Shown in pieces: positions 30,106 to 46,763 of a DNA stretch of 64,000 nucleotides. The notes under the pieces were generated by a model. The model was not told the DNA's origin, searched no databases, and was given only the letters and a program-made list of their open reading frames with translations. Source of the stretch: the human T2T-CHM13v2.0 reference genome, Homo sapiens. The stretch lies in NCBI RefSeq assembly GCF_009914755.1, contig NC_060929.1. One strand, given 5' to 3'. Position numbers and translations under genes: made by a program. Each line of letters starts with the position of its first letter. Position 1 is the stretch's first letter.

Positions 30106-30440
30106 TAGTTGGCCCTTTATATCCATGGGTTCCACATCCATGGACTCAACCAATTGCATATCAAAAATATTTGGAAAAATAAAAGATGATTATATCTGTA
30201 CTAAACATGTATAGATTATTTTGTTTTTATTCCTTAAACAATATAGTATAATATTTACATTGCATTTACAATGTATTAGGTATTATAAGTAATCTAGAGA
30301 TGTTTTAAAGTATATGGGAAGATGTGTGTAGATTATATGCAAATATTACACCATTTTATAGAAGGGACTTGGGCATCTGTGATTTGGGTATCTGTGGGGA
30401 ATCCTGGAACCAATTCCCCATGGACACTGAGAGACAACAG
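30106..30440. mobile_element. Tigger3-type DNA transposon (non-autonomous)
   Basis: TA-flanked; TAGTTGGCCCTTTATATCCATGGG...CCCCATGGACACTGAGAGACAACAG terminal inverted repeats. Confidence 0.8.
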
Positions 30441-31044
30441 TATTTCTAGCGTGTGTTTTACTACCTTGAATTACTAAAAGGTAATTTAATAATCGACATG
30501 GAATCTCTTGCTTGAATATAATGGGAGTATGGGGATTTGGCTGATATTACCAGGTCACCTCTTTTGAATCCACCTTACCACCATGGTCACCTCAACGCAA
30601 GAGAGTGGCATTTGCCTCCTGTCCCTTTCTCTTTGCCTTTGCCTCTGCCTCTGTCTTCAGTGTATATCTCCCTTCCACCATTGTCATTACCCTTCCCAAG
30701 GCAACAGCAGTCCCTTGAATACCTTCTGTCCACAGAGTTTAGAGATACTGTCGTCTCACAGATGGGTGAGTATACTTTTCAGCTGGAGGGAATTTTGGAA
30801 ATTCATTTCTATGACTATTGAGAAATCTTGAATCATAGAATCACAGCGTCTGAAAAAAGACTATGTAAAGACCTTCTGCTTCAACTTTTCACTCATAAAG
30901 AAATCTTATTCCACATCTTTGAGAGATCATCATTCACCTTTTGCTTCTGTCGCAATAGCCCTGAAGACGAGGTATTAAGGCCTCCATAAGGCAGCTTGTT
31001 TTAATTGTTAGGCATCTTGAGTGTTCAGAAAATCATTCCTTCAA

Positions 31045-31122
31045 GACACCGTGGCTTGCGCCTATAATCTCAGCTACCTGAAAGAGTAGGTGGGAGGACT
31101 GCTTGAGGCCAGGAGTTTGAGA
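31045..31122 (+). mobile_element. Alu monomer fragment (FLAM-like)
   Basis: GTGGCTTGCGCCTATAATCTCAGCTAC...GAGGCCAGGAGTTTGAGA. Confidence 0.6.
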
Positions 31123-31748
31123 AAATTGCTTATTCACTTAATCTTTTAACCCATATAATGTGTCAGGCATTGGGCTAAGAGCCTAAGATGCAATGATAAA
31201 TAGAATAGTCTGTATCTTCAATGAACTCTTTCTGTTGAACCAAAATGCTAAATAATATAGTAAAGTTGGCAAGCTCTGGAGTCAGATTTCCTAGGTTTGA
31301 ATTCCACTGATAACATTTGTTATCACTGTGGCCTTGAGAGAACAATTTAACCATTTTTGCCTCAATCTTCTCATCTGTGTATTGGAGATACTTATATTAA
31401 TAGTAACTACTAACAGAGTTTTTATGAGAAATAATGTAAATGTTAGCTATTTGTCCTAATCTGTGCCTGGAGACCAAAAATGAGCTTTTTATTCTACTTG
31501 AAGGCCCTAAGGAGCTGAAAGACACCTCATGTCTTCCTAAATATTTTCATCTCCATAGTAAATTATCCCAGTTCTTTTATCCATTCATGAGACTTAGTGC
31601 CCAGATCCATCAACATCTTGATCTCCCTAGAGCTTCACTCCAGGTGTAGCATTGGAACTACTCCAAATTTGGTCTGATTGGAGAGTATTTTCCTAACTGG
31701 TCTAGACATTATGCCTTAGAATTTTTTTTTTTGGTTTAGTAGTTGTTC

Positions 31749-34335
<2,587 letters not shown>

Positions 34336-34640
34336 TATATTATATATATGCAGTCTGAGTCATACTCAGAATCTACCAAATAAGAATCTTGAGATTGCTG
34401 GAGCAGAATTAGAAGGCAAACATGTAAATTTTGAAAACCTTTCCCAGAATTACTCATACTAAGTTAATCTTTTTCACATTTGTTTCTTGCAAGAAAAAGC
34501 AGAATGTACTTCCATAGAACTGAATAATAATCAAACCATCAAACAAAACAATGTTAAATCACGCTGTCATACCACAGCGCTACAGCCTGTTAAGGATGAA
34601 ATATTTTCCCCTGGAAGCCTTCTTGGTCTTTGATGGCCTG

Positions 34641-35103
34641 ATGCTATGGTATTGATGTGACTTGTCCCCACCAAAATTCACATTCAAATTTGACCCCCTT
34701 TGTGGTGGTATCGGGAGGTATGGCCTAATGGGAGATGTTTGGATCATTAGAGTGGATACCTTATTAATAGATGAATGCCCTCTCTCAGGAATGGATGAAT
34801 TCTAGATCTCCTGGGAATGGATTAGTTCCCTCAAGCTAGTTATTAAAAAATCTGACTTCCGCAACTTCTCTCACTTGCTGTCTCCCTCAACATGTAATCT
34901 CTTTGCACAAGTTCACTCTCCTTCCATTTTCCACCATGAGTGAACACAGACTGAGGCTCTCCCCAGAAGTCAAGTAAATGCCAGCACATGCCTCTTGAAC
35001 TTGCCAACCTGTAGAACTGTCAGCTAAATAAATCTCTTTCTTTAAAAATTTATAAACCCAACCTCAGGTATTCAGTTATAGCAACACAGAGCAGACTAAG
35101 ACA
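34641..35103. mobile_element. MaLR solo LTR (MSTC/MSTD-like)
   Basis: TGCTATGG...GTCCCCACCAAAATTCAC...GTTATAGCAACACAGAGCAGACTAAGACA. Confidence 0.8.
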
Positions 35104-36937
35104 ACTGGTGACTTTGTCCTAAGTGCCACATGTAAATAGATCATTTGCCAAGTGACTTCATAATGGGGTCTGAGGTTCTCACAATAGAACCGTAGTCTTA
35201 GATTCAGCAAGAGAACTCAGCCTTTAGGAATTTGCTAGAAAACTCTGGACTAAAAAAACTCAGGTGGATGAATCACTTTGTTCCTTATGGAAAAGATGGA
35301 AACATTCGTCATGGTTATCTTGGCTACTGGCTATTTTTCATGTAAGGATTTGTTAAAGAAACTTGGGGAAAGAATAAACATTTGATATTCCAGGGGAAGT
35401 AACAAGCTAACAATAACTGCTTTCTAGATGTTGTAATTTTCGAAACTTTGAGACTTTTCTCAGAGATGAAAAATTCTCTATCTTAAATAGAGTAACTATC
35501 AGCGGTTTAATCCATTTTTAATATTCCAAGAATTCTGCCAAAGATAGCTTCAGAATTGAGATATCTTAAGGAATGATCTATGAAAGTTGTACTCAATATC
35601 TGACTAATAATTTGGCCTTCTAAATTCATAATCAATTTTGGTTCTGCTCCCTCTTTTTCCTAATTATTTGCCATCATACTCTCACACACACTGGTATTTT
35701 GTTGTTAGCCTGTACACAGAAATGCATTCTATGCAAACCAGTGTCAGTTTTTTACATGGCTTACTATTAGGACACCACCAGATGTTATCAAATTCCAAGA
35801 CAGCACTCGACTTTTTCTAATTAACTCCAACAAAATGGCACCAATAAGGTAAGCCCATGTAAGACTCGATCTGCTAGCTGAATGGTGCAGGTTGAATGAG
35901 GAAGCAAGGAGAAAGCTCATCTGCAGTAGCTGAAAGAAGTCAGGGCTCTCAAGTAAAACATCAAATATGAAGGTTAAATACAGTGTTAATAGTTTGGGTA
36001 AACAGATTTTGACACAGAGGTCCCCAGCAAAAGAGGCTTCCTTGTATGCCAGTTGAATTTAGAGAAGGGGTACATTCAAGATGCAATAATCTGAAAACAA
36101 AAGCAGGTATCTAAGATTTCTGTCAGTAAATAACCAAGATGACTATGAAGAATGAAACCTTTCTCTAAAATGAGACTGCATGATGTTTGAACAGCTCAGC
36201 AATGGATGATACTGCTGAGCCCCAGAGGATAATGCTTGGGTTTAAATACCCCCTGCCTAAGGTCAACATTAAACCTAGGAACAGGATAAGGTTGAATTCC
36301 CAGGTAAGACATTAGATGTCTCAGTAGGACATTAAGAAGAAGGAGGAAACAGTGTTTGGGTAACAGAAGACATGGCCAGATATTTTTGTGTGTGAAGAAG
36401 CCACTTATTTTTTCATGACTTTCATGGTTATTAATTTATCTGTGATTACTTAATAGGGCTAGTTAGCTATACACATTTCAACACTGCATTGTTTAATATT
36501 TTATTCTAAACATTTTTATTTCAGATATTTTTGGTAACAATCCTTTTAAGATAAGTTTTCCACTTTCTGCCTAAGAATAATTTTTTTAATCTTAGCCTTA
36601 TAGAATTTCTATTAGGTTGAACATACAAAACTGCGAATATCTGACCGTTTTCAGTCTACATAATGGCAATTTCATATGGCTCAATTTAAATACCTCTGTC
36701 AAAATAGGTCCTGAGAAAATCAGGACACATCTCTGACTCTTACTGCTTCTGCATTCCCTTAGATACCACTGGCAATTCAAGCTCCTAATTTTTGTTTTTT
36801 AATGTATTTTCTTTCCTCTTTGTAACTTCAATACTTTTGCCTAGGTTAAATCCTCCTTGTTACTTGCCCATAGTGTTGTGATATGCATCTAGTGCATCTA
36901 GATACCATCTAGTGGTTTCCTTGCATTTAGTCTGATT

Positions 36938-37132
36938 CAGGAGTTGGCAAACTATTGCCACCTGTTTTTGAAAATACAGTTTCTTGGAACACAGGCACAC
37001 TTTGTTTATATGTTATCTATGGCCATTTTCAAGCTGGTACAGAGCTGGGTTGTTGCAACAGAGGCCAAATGACCTAAAAATTATAAAACATTTACTACCT
37101 GGCTCTTAACAGGAAAAGTTTGCTAACTCCTG
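36938..37132. mobile_element. MER58A-like hAT MITE
   Basis: TIRs CAGGAGTTGGCAAACT / AGTTTGCTAACTCCTG. Confidence 0.8.
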
Positions 37133-39963
37133 CTCTAATCTCTATAACCTTGAGAATGGACTTTCTAAAATCCAAATCTCATTGAGACTTCTCCTTATTT
37201 AAAACAATGACTCTCAGTATTCTCAGGATACATTTTTTGTATGTTTTACAATACCCCCCAACTTAACCCAGCCTCTTTCTACCTAAAAGGATAACTTCCT
37301 TAATAGTTAAACTATTTTGGAGTTCATGCTATTCCAGTTTTGTGTCTTGGTGCATATAATTCCCTCTAATTAAATATCCTTCTTTCTATATACATATTCA
37401 ATTTTCAAAGTCATGTGCATCTCTTAAAAGCCCAGTAAAGCATCTAGTCTTTGGTAAAGTCTTTCCAAGTCTATATCATGTAGGCTAAATCACTAAAACA
37501 GGAGATAAGAGACATACACTGTTTCTCCAAAGAATGATTTGAGTACCTTCTGATAGTATTAATAATAATTTTAGTTAATAGGCCAATGAATCTCTTTCAT
37601 TTCAATAATTGCAGCTGTTCTTTCATCTGTTAGAAAAAATATGTTTACAACTTCAAACCCAAGATATCATGGACATTCACATTTAGGACAAATCTAAGAT
37701 TGGTAGGCAAATTTAATAAGTGAGCCAATTTAAAGCAAAATATTTGTAAAGAAAAATGACACACGAATTTTGAAGGAATCATAAACCAAGTTACTGAAGT
37801 TTGGGAAACACTGCTGTGATGAGAGGCAGTGAAGTCTTACAGCCTGATATACTGGATAAATGGACACACTGTAATCTGAATCACTAGAGTAGGAGACTGT
37901 GGCAGCTCATTCCTAATCTCGTTATATAATAATTACAAACTTTCCAAGCCTCCTCCCATCCACAGAAAAATAATTCTAATATTCAAGGTCCTCTAACTCT
38001 GGTGATACTGAGAAAAGCAAAATAAAATGGGAAGATTTAGGAAAACATAAACCTGGTAGCTTATTATTCCAGAATCCTAATCCCCAGAGGACTAAAGTAC
38101 ACTCAAAGCTAGAGTGGGACCACAAAACACATCCTTTTCCAGGCACCACAGTTAAAAGGGGGAATTTGATGAACCAAAATGATTCCAGAGGAACATGGAC
38201 AGTGCTTATAGTAATTCCCAGACAGTAGTTATAGTCATTTTTCTCATTTCTCAGAATGGTTTCTTTTTATTCTAACAAATTGTAGATATGCGTTACACAA
38301 CCAAGGACCTGGGCTGTACAGCCTCAGTTACCCCACAAGATAGAAACCCCAGCAACCCCAAAGGCTCTGGTTGCTGAACTTAAGATAATATAGTTTTGAT
38401 GCTTGAGGTTTAAAAGATATTTTATCATTATCTCCTCTCTACATAAAGTAAAACACCAGAACACTTATATTAGAAGCCATTAACAGATCATTGCAGGATA
38501 CAAAGTTTGACCTGTGAGTTTCGTTTTAGGTCCGTCAGTGCAGTCATTATCAAAAGAAGTTTACACAACAGAAACATATATGCTCCATGAAAGTCAGCCC
38601 ATTATGTGCATCTAATAACATTATTAATCCTAATTCCTGAGTGTACTGCTTCCTAATATGTAAATGAAAACATGAAACCAAAAATAGAACCCTCTTTTGA
38701 GAATTTAACATGTAACTGACTGCAATCAACTATTTACTGTTTTGGAAAATGTATGTGAATTCCTCAAAATGTGATTCTGTAAACTAAAAAGAAAAAAAAA
38801 GTCACTGAAATCTCAGTTCCACTCACTGAACCTGAGGGAATAGGGGGACAGGCAGTAAATAAACGGGACTTCGAATTCCATCTCCAACTTTAGAAGAGAA
38901 GCCTCCCTTTATCTGTTTTAAACATTAATTTCAACATGGGATTCCATGAAAAAAAAAAAAAAGGTTCTTTTCCTAAAATGTAAATCACAGCTGTAGGAAA
39001 CATTACTTTTTTCAAGATAAGACTAAAATAATAGGTTTCAGCACTTGAGGTCAAAAGCCCTTGGGTTGAATCCTGCTCCTGTGTTTGAGTGATATTGGGA
39101 AGTCTCATAATGCTTCCAAACCTCAAGTTGTCATCTATAAATCTGGAATATTTGGAATGATATTTACTGCTTCACTTGCTACATATGCTCCATCCACATT
39201 ATTGACTCTTCTTTTCCGATATTTTCAAACCTGGAAAGCTCTTTCCTGCTTCAGAAACTTTGGGCAATCTGTCTTCTCCTACAAGAATGTTTTCCCATCC
39301 ACTTCACAGGGCTAATTCTTCTTCATCATTTGGATTTCAGTCTAAATATAACTTCCCACGGATGGATTCCCTGACCATTCTATCTAAAATATATTCACCT
39401 CTGATATTTTTTATGTTAATTTATTTCTATTTCCTTTGTAATACTTGTCATAATGACCATATATTTTAATTTTCTGTTTATTTTTGGTCTATCACCCAAT
39501 GTAAGCTCCATGAAGTCAGAAGGCAGGTTTCTGATTAATTCCTAGCACTTAACACAGTATCTGCACCAAGTAAGACCTCAACAAGTACATTTTGAATGAA
39601 TGAATAATTCAAAGGGTTCTTGGGCAGAATGAATGTGATAGTGGATATAAAACATATTTGTAAACCTAAATCACCCTTTATAGGTAATTTTTTTAAAAAA
39701 ATTCACTACTTATTTTGGCTCAAACTCTCTGAATGGAATGTGGGTTTAAGAATGAAGACTCTGATCCTATAGAACTAGATTGGGACCTCAGCTCTTCTGC
39801 TTAAACTTATGTGACTTAGGGCAGAAAACATAATCTCAGTCATTATCTTAGAGGTTGGCTATGAGGATTGAAAAAGATAATGGATCAAGAGGGCTTAGCA
39901 TAATCCCTGTCACATAGCAAGCCCTTAGTAAATAACAGATGACTGACCTTTGTTGCTACTAAC

Positions 39964-40073
39964 TAGGGGACCAACCATTTCAGTTTTCCATGGACTAAGG
40001 GTTTTCCTAGACATGAGACTTTGCATATTAAAATAAGAAAGTCACAGACAAACCAGAATGGTTGGTCACTCTA
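39964..40073. mobile_element. MER81-like hAT MITE
   Basis: TIRs TAGGGGACCAACCATT / AATGGTTGGTCACTCTA, 110 bp. Confidence 0.7.
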
Positions 40074-40429
40074 TCATAAACACGCCTTTGTACTCAGCCC
40101 CTAGTGCTCCTTCCATATTTCCCAACTCACTCAGACCAGATAACCTATACCATAGTCAGCCTTAGCCAGTACAGCAGTATCTTCCAAATGATCTCAAAAC
40201 CTCATCTGATAGGCCTTCATGTTGTGGTCATAATTCGACGGCATACAAAGGGATTCCATAGAAGGGAGAGAAACTGCATGGATGATTGCTACTTCTTCTC
40301 CCAAATGTTTTATTAGCTAACCACATTTCATCCTTTCTCCAAATCTACTGTCTTACCCTTCTCTGCAATCCCAAGGATTCAGGGAAATAAAAAATAACTC
40401 TCAGTGCTAAAAATGTATTCTTAGGATTT

Positions 40430-41830
40430 AAATTTTAATAGGATAAATAATAAATGTACTCTCTTAAACTATACAATTCAGTGGTCCTTAATATATACAG
40501 AGAGTTGTACAACCATCACTGCTGTTTAACTTCAGAAAAATTTTCATTAAAAAGAAACCTCTACCCCTCTGTCATCTCCCCCACCCCAGTACCTGGAAAC
40601 CACTAGTCTACTTTTTGTCTTTATAGATTTGTCTATTATGGACAATTCATATAAATGGAATCATATAACATGTGGCCTTTTTTGTCTTCTTTCACTTGGT
40701 ATAGATTTTCAAAATTCATCCATGTTGTAGGATGCATCAGTTATTTGTGCCTTTTTATGGCTGAATAATACTTCACTGTTTAGATATATCACTTTTCATT
40801 TATCCATTCATCCATTAATGGACATTGGGTTGTTTCCACTTTTGGCTAGCATGAATAATGTTGCTATGAACATTCATTTACCTTGGGTATAAACCTAGGA
40901 GTTAAATTGCTGGGGTATATGAAAACTTTAACTGAGGAACTACCAAACTGTTTTTCAAATCAGCTGCAGCATTTTACAATCCCAGTAAAAGTATATGAGA
41001 GTTCTAATTTTTCCATATCTTTACCAACACTTGTTATTGCTCATCTTTTTAATGATAACCATCCTAATAGGTGTGAAGTGGTATCATAATCATGAAAACC
41101 ATGGTTATGATTTTCATTTCCCAAAAGATTTAATGATGTTATATATCTTTTCATAGGCTTCATTGAAGAAATGTCTATTCAAATCCTTTGCTCACATTTT
41201 ACTCAGATTATTTACCTTTTTATTGTTAAGTTGTAAGAGTTTTTTATATATTCTGGATACTAGTTCCTTAATGGATGTTGACTTACGGATATTTTCTCTC
41301 ATTATGTGGGTTTCTTTTCACTTTATTAACAGTGTCCTTTGAAGTGCAGGAGATTTTAATTTTATAAAGTACAATTTATCTATTGCTGCTTGTGTTTTTG
41401 GCATCATATCTAAGAAAACATTGCTTAATCCAAGGTCACAAATATCTCCTCTGTTTTCTTCCAAACGTTTTAAGTTTTAACCGTTACATTCAGATCTTTG
41501 ACTCATGTTGAGTTAGATTTGTATATGGTGTGAGGCAGGGAATTCAACTGTATTGTTTTGTATGTAAATACACAGCTATCCCAGCACTGTTCGTTGAAAA
41601 TACTTATCTTTCCTCATTTAATTGTTTTATAACCTTCATTGAAAATCAATTGACCACAAATTTAAGGATTTATTTCTGAACTTTCAATTTTATTCTATTG
41701 GTCTATATGTCTATCTTTGTGCCAATACCACACTCTCTTGATTATTGTAGATTTTCATAGTAAGCTTTGAAGTCAAGAAGTATGGGTTCTTAAAATTTGC
41801 TCATTTTCAGACTGTTTGGCTATTCTGGGT
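40430..41830 (-). mobile_element. Old L1MB/MC fragment
   Basis: Degenerate L1 3'UTR and ORF2 end in antisense. Confidence 0.8.
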
Positions 41831-43506
41831 ACTATCCTCAGGAAGTATTAAACGTATTGTCAAAGAATAATGCATAGATATGTTCTGCACAGTAGTTCTA
41901 AGGGTAAAATACAAAAAAAGATCTAATAACATATAATTAGTTTCTAATAATATAATACATAATTATAGCACATCTATAATTAATACTTTCTGGAAAAGAG
42001 TTAGTAAATGGAATTGTGTCACTGTCTATGGTAATGCTACAAATATCAATGCTCTAATGCCCACTAACTTTATTTGCATGAAAGCCAATATTTTCCAAAC
42101 TTTCCATTTTCCAAATAGTTCTTAGCATCTCCAGACACAATAGTGGAACTCGAGGGAAGTACAGTTTTCTTACGTAAGATCTTCTTTTCCCATTGTTGTG
42201 CTGCCACTTAAATATCCTTGTCCATGATTCTCTGATGTTTACTACACCTCCACCCTACTGCTCAGCTTCTTCTTATTCCAGGTCAGTTGTGAAATCCATT
42301 TTGCTTCCCATGCCCACTATTTCAGAGGGAGTTTATGCATAAGACTGATCTGGTTCCTCAACTTTTCTACTTATCTCTGTTAGCCTGAAGTTGCTTTCTT
42401 CTAAGATTATCAAGGCATTCCAAATGTGTGGCCAGGTCATGTTCATAACAAAGTGAGGGGGACAAGCGTATCTTTACACTAACTGTACATGTGCCTCCCT
42501 CCATCCTTCAAACCCCAGCTCGGGTTCTAACTGGTACTGTGTTTCTGCATCTTGGGGAAGTCAAAGGTTGATCCACTTTAGTGCACCAAATCTCTCTGGC
42601 TTTTTGCTTATAGGCTCATCCTTTTTTAGCGCTATATGATTTAAAAAAAAAAAAACTTCACTAGACATCACCTATTAACTTTTCAAAAAATAATCATGAC
42701 CTAACATTAAGTTTACAAAATGTATCAAATGATGCATATTGTATGATTAAACTTTAAAAAATGTATTTATTGTATATACTCAGAAACATAAAATATTTAA
42801 GAGAATAAATAATGAGGAAACTTTTGAAAACCTACAAATAGGCCTGATTTCAATTTAGTGCTTATTACATACCAAGCTCTGTCCTTGGTACCACATAGAA
42901 ATTATCTCATTCAGTATTCGAAACAATCCTACAAAGCTGAAATTGGCATTACCTTTCATTTTATAGATGATGAAACTGACACTTAGAGAGATTTAGGGAC
43001 CCAAGATATAATTGCTTATAGGGAGAAAAACCAAGAAACAAATCTAGGAATTTGACTCCCAGAGCCTACAAGTTTAAATTCCTATTATCTTATCTTATGA
43101 CTAGAAACTTTTATTTGGACAGAATTTTAGGAGTTTTCAAAACAGGTTCTTATATTTATCCCAAGAATGTTTAATAAACACCTAGAAAGTTCCAGACACT
43201 CTGCTAGGTGCTGAGAAAACAAAATAAAAAATAAGATACTATTATTCTCAAGCTACTACTACAAATAATATATGGTTATAAGCTTACGACAGTTAGAAAG
43301 TACTTTCCCAAACAGGACCCCTGTAAGTACATGGAAGGCAGGGGAGAGATATTTCCTTTTACATATAAAAATGAAGTACTCCAAAGTTGATTGCCTTGCC
43401 CAATGTCAAATAGGAAGTATGTACGGAAGATGAATAATATTCCTTATAACTTCACAGTAGCTCCTATGTGGCTATTGTTAAATTTTTTAAAAATGGGCCA
43501 CTTTTT

Positions 43507-43801
<295 letters not shown>

Positions 43802-44253
43802 TTAGTATAAAATTTAGTATTTTGCTTGGTATTGTTATTACATTTCTGCTGAAGAAGACAGATATTTTTCATTTATGTTTTCTACACTCCTGAGTTTATC
43901 CTGTTCTTAACCATTATGGTCTTTGCCCCAGTAATGCGTATGCTTCTTGTATTATGGTCTTTGTCTCAATAATAAGTATTCTTGAAGTTCATAGAGCATA
44001 TCCAAAGTGATCCTCAAAACAGCCTATTTCCAAAGTGATCCTCAAAAGAGCCTATCTCAGTCGGTATCCATCATTATGGTCATTTTATCAACAAGGTAAT
44101 TCTGATTCAGAGAAGTGAAAAGATTTTCCCAAGGTACCTTATCAATTTATTGATTTCCTCATGCTCTACTTTTTAACATACAGGTTTACACATTCGTTAA
44201 AAGCTCTAATAATGTTTTGCCATGATTACAAATCAGAAGCATCTCCAGGGTGA

Positions 44254-44532
<279 letters not shown>

Positions 44533-45134
44533 TAGGCCGGTCAAGAAAGATTATATTTCATTTTAATGGTTTGTAAATATTTATATCAATTTCTCTTAGA
44601 GCTTTGAATCTCACTCTCAACATTCAATACCATGGAAAATGCAGAAAGTCCCCTGCATCTTGAATATGAAGTGATTTTTCTTTGTTTTTCATGAATGAAA
44701 CCATTTGAAATAAGCATCATCTCTCATTCATAAAGTAGAATTCATTATATTACCTTATTTTTTAAAGAAAAGCAATAAATCTTATCTTATGGAGAGTTCC
44801 TCTTTGACTCGAGATATATTTAATTACATACATCAGAACTGTTTGGTTCTAGAAATACAGAGCTGAATAGGAAGTAACCCCTGACATTGGGCAATTCACA
44901 GTCTAATCAGCTAACTGGACAATTCAGTCACTTACTCACTAAATACTCTTTAAGTACTTATGAGATTGGGAGACTTGTCTAGACTCAGTCTTCAGTGGTC
45001 ATCAAAACAGGTTTGTGCACTCATGCACTTTACAGTCCAGTGAGGGAGCAATAAAACAAAAGATTATTAAACAATATGATAAAATGTGAGAAGGAGTAAA
45101 ACAACCCATGGCATGCAGAAGCTTGCCTTAGCAT

Positions 45135-45640
45135 TGTAACACGTTGGTCTTCTACTTACATCTGGGCCTTCATGTTCTCCATTTGAGATAAACAATTTCA
45201 TAGAATGTTTACATCTGACAAACTACTCTGTGACTATGAAGAAATCAAGACTAAGATAATACCACTTAATAATCATGACTAAACACAGGCAAAACATGAA
45301 CATTATCAAAGTCACAAAATACCAAATATCGACTTATCTAGACTAATGTGACTGCTGCTTCTTCACCAATTACAACTTTAGCCTTAAGCTACTCTTCCCT
45401 CCTCCTAAATAATTACTCCCACTTTCTGAGGGCATTCAAACCAAAGCAAAGCCTCTTTTCCTTAAGCCTTCCACCAAATTAACCTAACAATCTCAAATCC
45501 TACAATAAGACCTTTCTAATACCCTTCTATTGACATGCCTTATGGCTCCCAGGGGTGTGTGTTCTCACAGGCTGCAGTTAATCATAAGCCCTGTTTGTAC
45601 AACTATAGGTGTGTTCCTAGTAGTCTTTGGCTGGAAGAGT
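45135..45640 (+). mobile_element. ERV1-class LTR (MER31-like)
   Basis: TG start; GACTGCTGCTTCTTCACCAATTACAACTTTAGCC...; subfamily uncertain. Confidence 0.5.
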
Positions 45641-46612
45641 ATGACAAAGGCAAAACTTGAAGGCAGCAATAATACCATTCTTGTTGCTCCTTTCCTCTCT
45701 TCTCCACAGGAATTCACAGGGGCATGAAGAAAATGAAAATAGATGGTCATGAACTCTTAAATTAAGGGGTAGGAAATATTTTACTCATGTATGTATTTAT
45801 TCATTGAGTCATATGTTTTCTTCCAAAAATAACTTACAGTGGCTGATCTTATTCAGTGGATTCAAAGGTACAGAGTAGAGGGCAGCTCCCTGAGAACTGT
45901 TATATAAAGACAACATCCTGGCAAAAGAAACACCCAACAATAATGAAAATGGTAGGATAAGGGCACTCCAAATGACTCTGATGTTTAACAGGATACCCCT
46001 TTTTCCCACAGCTGAGGTTCCTCCTATGCTTTTCTTAACCAGGGATGATACATTAATCACCTACTGTCAGGTTCTACTTGGCTCCTGTCACCATAAGTAT
46101 CTTCTCCCCTTCAACAGAAATTCTTCATTCCCCTCCCCATTCTCAGTCCCTATTCCCTACAGATAGCAAGCTCAGTCTGGTCTCGGGATCTAGAAAAAAA
46201 AATCCTCATTTTTTAGTCTTGAAGCATTTAAGAAGCTCTAGTTCAATCCTCAGGCAAATCTAAATCAATCAAGTCACTCTTGGCTTAACCTAATAATTTT
46301 CTAATAGAGCAGTACTATTCCCATAAAGGGTATTTAAAGTATGTGGGGACTTAATTTTTACTTGTCACAATGACTGTCCTGCATAGGGAAAAATTAACCC
46401 ATCCAGGATCCTGATAGTGCTCCTATTGAGAAACATCTCACCATAGATGTCACATGTCTATCACATCCAACCATCCTGCTTCTCCCCACGCCCACATTAG
46501 ATATCAGTAATCAAATAGTACATGCCACTGAGCTGTATGTGGCCTCAAAATGTTTATCAACATAGTAATCCAGGCATGCCTTGTCATCAGATTTGATATG
46601 GAACATAAAACC

Positions 46613-46763
46613 TATTTGCGATTCCTGCACATAACCTTTTAAAAAATGTGCTATTTTTTGTGGGTACATAGTGAGTGAGTATATATATTTGCGATTCCTG
46701 CACATAACCTTTTAAAAAATGTGCTATTTTTTGTGGGTACGTAGTGAGTGAGTATATATATTT
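46613..46763. repeat. 73-bp direct tandem duplication
   Basis: 46613-46685 and 46686-46758 differ at one base; TATTT microhomology at the edges. Confidence 0.95.

Noticed and set aside
38225-38300. Alternative psi-B exon 4 (CATTTCTCAG|AATGG...)
   Set aside because: No FGKC-like end; 38712-38758 matches far better.
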